Source: Octopus sinensis (lineage: Eukaryota). From it: a DNA stretch of 64,000 bases. This document shows, piece by piece, positions 1 through 10,506 of this stretch (positions within the stretch are counted from its first letter, which is position 1; every line of letters starts with the position of its first letter). The translations under genes and the position numbers were made by a program. The notes under the pieces are model-generated. The model saw nothing but the letters and a program-made list of their open reading frames with translations. It was not told where the DNA came from and did no database searches. The DNA is taken from contig NC_043015.1 of assembly GCF_006345805.1 (NCBI RefSeq), positions 15,128,001 through 15,192,000 of the forward strand. Reading direction: 5' to 3'.

Positions 1-559
1 TATTATTCTCAGAAACATGGAAGAAGTAAATACCTAGACATAGACTTCAGAGACACGACAATACAAATAATAAATAATAGCCTGAGGGTGATGTTGTGGA
101 TTTGATCCTGTGTTTTGCTACATAGAAATCCCAATTCAATCATGTGTACAACCAAGATTTTAACTGATGAATGGCCATTTTATCCAATGAATGGTCTAAT
201 TAGAACTTTCTATCAGCAAGGCCTACAAATACAGCCAAATGGAGGGCCAAAGATTCAAGGTGTCTCAGATTGAGTTGGCATACACTCTCCTAATGCCTGG
301 AATGATTGTCAAAGGAGACATACCATGGCACCTGAATATGTATTTGATATGTAAAAATTAGCACAAATGTTGACTTTGTAACAAAGACTTTCTATATGTA
401 TCATATTGAGTTGTTTCATATGAATGTTTCCATTGATTTATTGCATGGACATCTTTACTATTAAACAAATAAATTATTTTTCCAGTACATGAAGAAGCGT
501 TCCTTTGTTACAGAGTCATGAAAATGAAGAGAGAGGCTTAAAAGGATTTGGAAGGAAGG

Positions 560-1660
560 AGGCAGCAGATAACTTTTTCAGGTAACTAGAAGAAAAGCGA
601 AGGAAAAGTGTTTTATTTAACAAGATAAGATGCAAAAAATAAGAGGTTTGCCAATATTCTTTGGCATAAGCATTAGAAGTGTGAGATGTTCTGGATTGAA
701 AGGAAGTGTACAAGAGTGAGTTGAAATGTGAGTGAGAAGTGTGTACACATAGATGATGGTGCACATGCACTTAACGGTTCTGCAAAGAGGCATGGAAGAG
801 CTAGTATGAAAGGCTATGAAATATTGAGAACACATAAGGAGAAAAGGGGTCCCCCAGTGTAGAGCCAACAGAGAGGGATTAACCCTTTTGTTACCGCATT
901 TATTTTGAGATGCTCTGTGTTTCTTTCAATAACTTTAAATATAACAAAGAATTTAGTAAAATAACTTAGCTATTATTCAGCTAATGTTAGGAACATAAAT
1001 TGTGACTAATGTTTGGTGGAAGATTTTAATTCAAAACTTAGGAAAACAAGACATTTGTACTCAGAGCCAGAGCCGGTTTCAGCCGGGTTGGTAATGAAAG
1101 GGTTAAAGCAATTAAGGATATGAAACCTCTTGTCTATCAAGAGTTACATCTGAGATGCTTAAAATATCTGGGCTGGTCACTCAAACAGTCAGTCAGGTTG
1201 TATAGGAAAGTGTCATACGTGATTACTGGCTAACCAACATCATGGCCAACTATTATAAGAGTAAAACTTAGAGAAGGATAATTACAGAAGTATCAAATGG
1301 GCCATTTCATGAAAATTATAGAATGGGTTATATCTCAGTTGATTAGGAAGTGAGACAGTTCAGTTGAGCTGCAATTCAGCTATGTGCCAGGAATAAATGC
1401 AACTAATGCCATTTTCCTACTGAGACATCTGTGGAAGTACTAAGCAAGAAGCAAACCAATGTACCTTGTGTTTTTTGGCCTGGAGAAAACCTTCAATACG
1501 GTCCTTTGCTCTGTGATCTGGTGGTTGTTGAGGAAGCTAGGTGTAGACAAACGGCTTGTGAGAATCATATAAGCTGTGTATAGAGGTGGTGTCTGCAAGG
1601 TGAGAGCTAACACTGAACATAATGATGAAGTTTGACCAAGAGGGTGGATTCGAAGTAGTT
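560..1660 (+). mobile_element. Degenerate RTE-clade LINE ORF remnant, interrupted by a piggyBac MITE
   Basis: Broken translations (EKCVHIDDGAHALN, QFSYVPG..AIFLLR, WWLLRKLGVDKRLVR) align by eye to the better-preserved RTE ORF at 26654-29347. Many stops and indels; boundaries approximate. Confidence 0.65.
883..1102. mobile_element. piggyBac-type MITE (220 bp)
   Basis: TTAA at 879-882 and 1103-1106. Termini CCCTTTTGTTACC ... GGTAATGAAAGGG are inverted repeats with the CCC/GGG ends typical of piggyBac. Confidence 0.85.
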
Positions 1661-1877
1661 GACATAGCTTCTGTTACCTAGGTGACATAAGTAGCAGTAG
1701 AAGAAGATACTTTTGAAAGTGTAGATGAATGACAGAGCACAAATGTATCGAGAAAAAAAGGGAAAATAAAAAGAAGACAACAATGTGCACGTATATACAC
1801 ACATATATGTGTGTGTGTATGTATACATACACACACACACACACATATATCCTGAAATCAGTTTTCACTACATGTGT

Positions 1878-1960
1878 ACCTCTGATGAGTGCAGGGTTAC
1901 ATAATTGTGCTGTTACCTAACACTCCATGGAATCCCTAGTGCGAAACCAATTGGTAAGGT
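1878..1960 (+). ncRNA. Type I hammerhead ribozyme (Penelope/retrozyme type)
   Basis: Stem I ACCT(1878-81)/AGGT(1957-60); core CTGATGA(1882-88); stem II GTGCAGGG(1889-96)/CCCTAGTGC(1934-42); GAAA(1943-46); palindromic stem III ACC-AATT-GGT; cleavage triplet GTA(1954-56). Confidence 0.75.
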
Positions 1961-2009
1961 TGGTTGTAATGGATATATAATACTGTACATTTTGATTAAT
2001 ATATATATA

Positions 2010-2060
<51 letters not shown>

Positions 2061-3647
2061 ACACACACATAAATACATATACATACAAAACTCATTTATG
2101 ATATTTGATTAAATGTACGTAGAGAATAGATTGAATTGACTTTATTTTCCTAATTTATGAATATTGTACTAATATTTAATGTTTGTTCATGCAAAACACA
2201 GAATTACAGAATATGGGACTTGACTACACAAGTGTAAAGGAATATACAGTTGCAAAGGACTTTGAACTTTGAACTCTTTTTTTATTTTTCAGTGATGACC
2301 ACACACTCCCCTCTTTTGATTTTTTTCTATTCCTACTTCCTAAAACTGACATTTTTGAAAGGTCACCAGCCCTTGTGAGAAGCCATTCTTTAGGATATAA
2401 ATTATGTAATAAAGCAGGGCCTTGCTAGTGTCTTGTGTTGCTACTTCTGTGCGATTATTGCCTGGCTTCTATTAGTCACTGTTGTTTTTCTAACCTTCTT
2501 GTCTCTGCAAATTTTTTGCAGGCAAAGATCTCAGCACTGTTAATTTCTGTGGCAGTCAACAGTGCATCTCTTTGCCCCTGCACTTGCAGTTAGTCTTGGC
2601 TATTGTCACAGCAGCCAACATTCTTCTCTCGTGTACCTTGATTTTACCACCCCATGATTTCCAGTTTGCTGGACATGTGTTATCACACTTGCACATCAAG
2701 TTTTGCTGGCTACGCAACTTTGTTCATCTCTCTTTGAGCTTTAGACTTTCGTAAGACCTATTCAGAGGTCAGGCAGCATTATGAAAGTTCTTTTGCACTC
2801 TTGTGTATTATTCACTCAAAGCACGGTGCTCTCATGCCTATTTCTTTATCCTTCCTTCCATGTCACATTTCTTTCATTTGTATCATTCATTTCACCTCCT
2901 GTTTTATTCTCTGGGGTTGGCTCTGTAGCATGTCTGTACTAAAATTAGTCAACACATACATTTCTAATCTCAAGTAGACTCAGATGATACTGTAAGTTTA
3001 CAGCTCTGGTCTGTGATAGGCCGAATAAACTGGCTCCCTCGACTACGTCCGATTGTCATTTATATAATGTGGCTGCAGTCATGTTTAGTCAAGTTTCTTT
3101 CACTTTGTTTCTCTAAGGACTCCTGGCTTGTAGTTTGGTTCTATCACATTGCGCTGGTATCTCCCCCACTAGAATAACTCTTTGTCCACATGCGCTAGCA
3201 GTATCGACTAAACTCGATGTCTTCATCTCCCATGTTTTTCTAGAAACATTTCTATCAAGTCTCTTTCTATATACACAAAGTACATCTAATGTCTTCCTGT
3301 ATCCATTCACCAGTATCACACTATAGACGTCTCTATAAAACACAACTTACTTTCTTACAGAAATCTTATGCAAGACATTTACTTTGTATGTGATCCACTG
3401 ATGTGAATAAACTTTGCTATTGAGCAAGTGAGTTTTGTCTGTCTGTCTCTGTATACCAATTACTATTGAACAAACACACAGACACAGTATTGACAAGCTA
3501 CCACCTCCGACGTTGTCGCTCACTTCAACCAGACTGTGAACACTCCATTGGGCTATAGTTACACATTAGCTACAAAGATAGTGAAATTGCCATACTAGTG
3601 ACCAACTCACTATAATACAATATCTGTACACCACTTCAAACAATCTA

Positions 3648-3804
3648 TACATACATACACACACACATACATACATACATACATACACACACATACATAC
3701 TTACATACATACTTCATACATACATACATACATACATACATACATACATACATACACACCCATACATACTTACATCACACATACATACATACATACATAC
3801 ATAC
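3648..3804. repeat. (TACA)n compound microsatellite
   Basis: Direct reading; the repeat resumes after the SINE at 4188. Confidence 0.9.
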
Positions 3805-3806
3805 GT

Positions 3807-4187
3807 GGAGGCGCAATGGCCCAGTGGTTAGGGCAGCGGACTCGCGGTCATAGGATCGCGGTTTCGATTCCCAGACCGGGCGTTGTGAGTGTTTATTGAG
3901 CGAAAACACCTAAAGCTCCACCAGGCTCCGGCAGGGGATGGTGGTGATCCCTGCTGTACTCTTTCACCACAACTTTCTCTCACTCTTACTTCCTGTTTCT
4001 GTTGTACCTGTATTTCAAAGGGCCGACCTTGTCACTCTCTGTCACGCTGAATATCCCCGAGAACTACGTTAAGGGTACACGTGTCTGTGGAGTGCTCAGC
4101 CACTTACACGTTAATTTCACGAGCAGGCTGTTCCGTTGATTCGGATCAACCGGAACCCTCGTCGTCGTAACCGACGGAGTGCTTCCC
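3807..4187 (+). mobile_element. tRNA-derived SINE (family C), near full length
   Basis: Head GGAGGCGCAATGGCCCAGTGGTTAGGGCAGCGGACTCGCGG...GTTTCGATTCCC has A/B-box-like motifs. Related copies at 51110-51415 (+), 45554-45610 (+, truncated) and ~41173-41254 (-). Confidence 0.85.
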
Positions 4188-4257
4188 ATACATACATATA
4201 TTGTAAAACTCAAGACAACTTAACAAAACCATTCACACCAAAAGCATATAAAGTTTG

Positions 4258-5081
4258 GGATCTTTTCCTTTTGAACGGCTCTTTGTAACGTAATTTCTAG
4301 GTAACTAAAAAGTTTTAAACTTCGTATACTGGTAGAATGTGTTTATAAAACATCATTTTCTCTTGGCTTTATTGAGAAAATTCTATATTTGTAAGATATT
4401 TTTTTCTGAAATTACTTGCATTTCGGCAATTTTAACCAATCAATTACCTCCATTGACGTAAATAACATTCTGTGCATAATGAATATGTCTCTCATTTAAG
4501 AAACAGATTGGGTTTATTTACATTTGTGAAGAAAAAAGATATCCTTCCCCCAGCCCTAACTCTAACCCTAACTAGCCCTAACTAACCCTAAATCTAAAAT
4601 AGATTGAAATGTAATAAATCGATACTAGGGTTATAATTATGGGTGACAATTTCAAACGACACTGCTACGGAAAATGGGATTTTTTTCTAGCAGTGTCAAA
4701 TGAAAATGTCACCCATAATTATGGCCTTAGAATCGATCTATTGCATTTCAATCTATTTTAGATTTAGGGTTAGTTAGGGTTAGGAGTTGGGGAAGGGTAT
4801 CTTTTTTCTTCACAATTGTAAATAAACCCAATCTGTTTCTCAAAGGAGGGACATATTCATTATGCACAGAATGTTATTTACGTCAATGGAGGTAATTGAT
4901 TGGTTAAAATTGCCGAAATGCAAGAAATTTTAGACGAAATATGTTACAACCTATAGAATTTTCTCAATAAAGCCAAGAGAAAATGATGTTTTATAAACAC
5001 ATTCTACCAGTATACGAAGTTTAAAACTTTTTAGTTACCTAGAAATTATGTTACAAAGTGCCGTTCAAAAGGAAAACATCC
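4258..5081. mobile_element. Foldback non-autonomous DNA transposon, Merlin-like (GG termini, 8-bp TSD)
   Basis: Starts GGATCTTTTCCTTTTGAACGG and ends CCGTTCAAAAGGAAAACATCC. Perfect TSD AAAGTTTG at 4250-4257 and 5082-5089. The two ~400-bp halves are imperfect reverse complements. Confidence 0.8.
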
Positions 5082-5107
5082 AAAGTTTGTTTACAAAAAC
5101 AATTACA

Positions 5108-5514
5108 GGATCTTTTCGGTTTGAACGGCAGTTTTTAACATAATTTCTAGGTAACTAAAAAATTTTAAACTTCGTATACTGGTAGAATGTGTTTATAAAA
5201 CATCTTTTTCTCTTAGTTTAATTTTCTTAAAAATTCTATAGTTTGTAAGATATTTGTGTTTTTTCTTCAATTTCTGCAATTTCAACCAATCACTGACGTC
5301 TATTGAGTTAAAAAACATTCTGCGCCGTATGAATATGTCCCTCGTTTAAGAAACAGATTGGGCTTATTTACATTTCTGAAGAAAAAAAGATACCCTCCCC
5401 CACTAGCCCTAAAACAGATTGAAATGCAATAGATCGATACTTGGGTCATAATTGTGGGTGACAATTTCATATGACACCGCTAGAAAAAAACTGCCGTTCA
5501 AACCGAAAAGATCC
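5108..5514. mobile_element. Merlin-like MITE, short form
   Basis: TIRs GGATCTTTTCGGTTTGAACGG / CCGTTCAAACCGAAAAGATCC; body matches one arm of 4258-5081; degenerate TSD CAATTACA / CAATTGAC. Confidence 0.75.
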
Positions 5515-6739
5515 CAATTGACAGAAAGGAGCTGGCTAGTTTGCTGGTGTAATCGGTAACACACTTAGTTGTGTCAACAAAGGGATGGGGTTCGAGTCCC
5601 ATGTGTACGGGAAAGTCTATATATATATATATATATATATACAGAGACACGTAATGAAAACTTATCTCAGGATGCTGAACCTCACATAAGAGAGTATGTG
5701 ACCGCAAATATTGGTTCCAAATTGTGATATAAGGCAAGTAATTTCGGTGAAGGAAAAAGTCGATTACGTTGACACCAGTACTCAAATGGTATTTATTTCT
5801 TCGATCCTGAAAGGCGAAGTCAACCTTGACAGAATTTGAATTTATAACATAAAGACGGACGAAATGCCACTAAGCGTTTTGCCTGGCTTGTTAACGATTC
5901 TGCCAATGCACTGCTTTAGTGATCATAAATATTGGGGACATGTTGTACACGAGAAACCCTGCTCTCAGGTTTTCTCCACTGTAGGGAGAATGCTCGCAAT
6001 AGAAGTGCTGATGGTTAGGATGCTCTCGCTGCCATTAACTCTTCGGTTTAAATAAGAAAAAATACATGAAATAACATAATCTTAAAAACGACTGGAATTC
6101 CAATCATCATAGATCTCCTGGATCGGGTTTGACCTGGTGTTAAACAACATAAAATATACTAAAAACGTTGGTGGCATTTAGAGAGATAAAAGTTTACATT
6201 TCCTGAGAAAACAAAACAACCACTGATCATAAAGAAGTGGATCTTTATCAAGAAAATTTGAGAAAACCGGTCACTATAGTAACTGTTACTATGGCACGAG
6301 TAATAGTGTCAAGAAGATACGTAGCATCATTTCAAGTTAAATTTAAAGCAGCAGCTGGTGGAAATTGCAGCAGTAAAAATGATTTAATTTTTTTCTGTAA
6401 ATAGCAACTTTATATTTGAAAATAAAAAAAATTCTAAAAATTAATCTTCTATATATTTTTAGTAATACTCAACACAGCCATAGTTTCGTATTACGAAACC
6501 CGCGTGTTCTTGTATTCTAATAACAAAACCCGACGTGAGTATTTTTGTTATCTGTCAATTGCTGATAATTTAATTTCTCTGATCAATTTACTGTTCTCTG
6601 TTATTTTCATCGATTAAGAAATTATCTTAGCTTTATTTCAAAATACTCCATAAGTTGAATAAAACAAACTTATTCAGCAAAACATAAACAATCTTGTCCA
6701 AGTCGAGAACAAACTGTTATATAAACCGTGTTATATAAC

Positions 6740-6780
6740 ATGTTTCGTTGTAAACCTTTGGGAAGCGCAACTTCGTTATG
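6740..6780 (+). CDS. phr: Putative first coding exon of the photolyase (MFRCKPLGSATSL+TG)
   Basis: ATG at 6740 with A at -3; donor TG|GTAAAA at 6781. Phase 2 matches the pyrimidine-rich acceptor at 8706-8707 and keeps the frame open into exon 2. No homology support. Confidence 0.45.
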
Positions 6781-6942
6781 GTAAAAAAATAAAGAAAACA
6801 CTAAGTGAAGAGATGGAGATACGCTGAAGCACGGCGTTTCTTTATATTTATTATTATATTATTATTATTTATGTCTCTTAGAGGGGTGGTTTATAATGTT
6901 TCGTGCCACATTCCCAAACTCAACCACTTCGTTACTCTTGGT

Positions 6943-7344
6943 GGATCTTTTCGGTTTAAACGGCATTTTTAAAAATAATTTCCACGTAACCAAACACTTT
7001 TAAACTTCGTATACTGGTAGAATGTGTTTTTTAAAACATCTTTTTCTCTTGGCTTTATTGAGAAAATTATATAGTTTTTAAGATATTTGTTGTTTTTCTT
7101 CAATTTCTACAATTTCAACCAATCAATGACGTCTATTGAGGTGAAAACATTCTGTGTCGTAATGTCCCTCGTTTAAGAAACAGATTGGGTTTATTTACAT
7201 TTCTGAAGAAAAAAAGATACCCTTCCCCCCACCCCTAACCCTAAAACAGATTGAAATGCAATAGATCGATACTAGGGTCATAATTATGGGTGACAATTTC
7301 ATATGACCCCGCTAGAAAAAATGCCGTTCAAACCGAAAAGATCC
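6943..7344. mobile_element. Merlin-like MITE, short form
   Basis: Same TIRs as 5108-5514; TSD CTCTTGGT (6935-42) / CTCTTGAT (7345-52), 7/8 match. Confidence 0.8.
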
Positions 7345-8707
7345 CTCTTGATTCCTTCATCTATTTCCATAAATGGTTAAGTGTCAAGTAAACATTTTCT
7401 GTAAGTTTTGTGCCTTCCTCGACTTTGTTTCCTCGTACCTATCTTTAGAATCGTTTATTTTTCACTTCAATCATTGGACTGAGAACATGCTTGAAGAATT
7501 TCTTACTACTTAAATACTGGGGTCCCGCCGCATCTGCGTAACCCTAACGCTAAAACTAATCCTAACGAGTGTACTCTGTAAAAACATATCGTTACGTAGA
7601 TGCAGACGTTAAATGATGGTGATAATGTTTATGAAGTTCTACAACACAACACAGGAAATATAGGAAGAATTTCATGAAATGATCGTTGATTTTGAGAACT
7701 TAGTCATCCTTTGTTGTTATTTAAAACAGAATATGTGACTGATACTCGAACACAAGGACACTTCCTTCACCTTGTGCAGTGTACATGGAGAAAAATGTAG
7801 AATTTGGGACTGAGTAAGAAATACAAAGATGGCAGTAATTTTAGATGGTTTCATGAAGAAGTAGATGCAATTGTTTTCTTACCAATGAAGACATGCCATT
7901 AGGAGTGCAGTATTTTTTAATAAACATGTCTAAAAGTTAAGTATTTATTTGTTAGACTATTTTGATAGTACATATGTCACTGGAGCTTTTATGAGTCAGT
8001 GCAATACAAAATCAAGTACTCTTGTCAGTTTGAGATGTATTCCACATTGATTCTCACCCAAGCTGTGGAATGTTAATTTAGTGACACTAAGAACCCAGCA
8101 TCCAATGTGAAGATTGGAATAAAGAGGAAAAGTTTTTCCATTGTGTTGGTTCCATTCACTCTCCCATTTTCAAATAGAATTAGAGTACAAGGAAAGAAGG
8201 GGCTGTTAATGCAGTCATTGCTCAAGGTGCAACTGTTTAGCCCTTGCCACCCATACAGGCAGGAAGAAAATGGATGTACATAGATTGTTTGAAGAATCTG
8301 TGATAAAAGGTTATGAGGAAGGTTGCAAGAACAACCATGATTTAATACAAGGCATCTGGAACATTTGTCTCTAATTTTATAATCAGAAATAAACAAATTT
8401 GATTTTTTTTGAAATTTTGATTAACATTTTGAATTGTGAGAATTATTATAGTTAAATGTGCTGCTTATTCTCAGTTTTCCATTTTTATCTGGGTTATTTT
8501 AATCTGTATCATTTTTACTTGTGCTATTTATAACTTGTGTCACTTTTACTGTGTACCTTAAAATGTGACAGCTTATGGAATTTAGCAAATTCATATTATC
8601 ATAAAGTAAAGGGAAAACTTTTCCTCCCACTTGATGACCATTATTGGATTGTTTGGATTCTAGAAATCTTTTTTATTTTTCAGCATTTCTTCCTTTTTCT
8701 TGCTCAG

Positions 8708-9006
8708 TTGCAAAATTTGGCAGACTCATTCCCGATTTCTGTTTAGTTGGAGGTATTTACTAATCAATAGAAATATGGCAAAACGTACAGCAAATTCCAA
8801 AATTGAAGATGAACCAGCTGACTTAAAAAAATCAAAGAATGAAAGTCTGGTAGAGAAAATTCAAGAATCTCGCATAAAATGTGCAAAATCTGTTCAGGAT
8901 TTTAAATTCAACAAAAAGCGAGTTCGTTTATTGAATGAAGTGGAAGAATTCCTTGAAGGATCTCAGGGTGTTCTTTATTGGATGGTCCGTGATCAAAGGG
9001 TGCAAG
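8708..9006 (+). CDS. phr: Photolyase exon 2 (internal ATG at 8775; ends [11 protein letters not shown])
   Basis: ORF 8700-9038; donor AAG|GTATGG at 9007. The 5' boundary is inferred from the acceptor TTTCTTCCTTTTTCTTGCTCAG; 8747 is an in-frame alternative. Confidence 0.88.
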
Positions 9007-10471
9007 GTATGGTGATGCTTTATTGTGACTTCTATTAAATGCAACAACTGCATCATTTACTTTTGTAATTTCTTTGCAATATTAATATTCATTTTAGGGC
9101 AGCAAGCTAGCAGAATCATTAGCACGTCAGGCAAAATGCTTAGCAGCATTTTGTCTGTCTTTATGTTCTAAATTCAAATTCTGCTGAGGTCGACTTTGTC
9201 TTGCATCTTTTCGAGGTCAATAAAATAAAGTACCAGTTGATCACTGAAATAGCTAGCATTGTGCCAAAATTTAAAACCAATACTAATATTCATTTATGTT
9301 AGAAATTGATAAAAATGTTAAAACAAAATTTGAAAAACAAGAGAAAAGTGCAGAAGTCTCTCTTCATGCAACACTCAGGCTCTCCCAGATAGTGTATGAG
9401 GTAGTTGTTTCCCTTCCAATAAGCTAAGTGAAATATTTATATTGGAGAGAAGCTCCCAGGAGCAGCCTCTCTCAATTTCTGTCATTATCATTTCATTACT
9501 TCTGGACTTCATCTTTATTTATAGGTAAATGACAAAAAGTCAATATATTTTTGTGTATCATCAGTTTAGTTGGTATCGGGTATAATCCACTCTATCTTCA
9601 GAATTTGTAATTATTCTGGTGCAAATGGCCAATTAATACAGCAAACAATACATAACCTTAGAAACAGAATAAGAAACGATTGGAGTTGAACCATGTAAGT
9701 GAAATATTATATTAATTTATTTAAAGTTTGTTTGAAAAACAGCTGAATATAGTTTATGCTTGCGGCTAGTTGAATAAATGTTTTGAGTGGCCATTATAAG
9801 AATACTTGTGTTAAAAGTTGATCAATCTAAACTGGAAAGAAATGGTGAGATCAAATCAATGAATGTTGGTCTTCTCAAATGAGATTACACAGGATTGGAA
9901 CTAATAGTGATTAACAGAAAACAAGACCTTTTTGACAGGTTAGCACACAAAAGCAATAACATTGGTGAATCTCTTTGTTTTATACTAGGAGCTGAAGTAT
10001 TCTCATTTCATACCATTATCAAAGGTACTTAACTATTTTTTCATTGTAAACCTGACTGGAATAAAAAAATTCTTCAGTTTCATAGATAAATTGTTGGTAA
10101 GTAATTCAGACGAAGGTCTAAATTTAAAACAGTTATCTCATCTGCATCAAAGAATGTTAATAATAAAAGCTTTGAAAGATTCAAATTACTTTTCCCTTAA
10201 ATGAAGACACAAAACTATATGTGATAAAAATTTTTAAAAAGCAACGATTAGTCTTAAAATATAGTGCTATAAGGATGTTTTTACACTTTGATATTTCTAT
10301 TCATAATGGAATTGTTTTGGATTTTATAAGAATTGAGAGAAATGTTATAGTTGCCTCCCTTGTAAGTTAGCCGGTTTTTTCAGGCAAGATAAAATTGCTG
10401 GATTATTTCAGAACAAATTTGTCATAAAATGTATATTTGATGGCAATTATATATATATATATATATATATA

Positions 10472-10506
<35 letters not shown>

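Noticed and set aside
2300-3640. Possible LTR-retrotransposon remnant (LVDTAS protease-like motif, Cys-rich stretch)
   Set aside because: The motifs are too short and degenerate and no paired LTRs were found; needs a tblastx search.
3807-3882. tRNA-like cloverleaf sequence
   Set aside because: It continues into a SINE body with other copies in the window and has no proper acceptor stem; it is a SINE head, not a tRNA gene.
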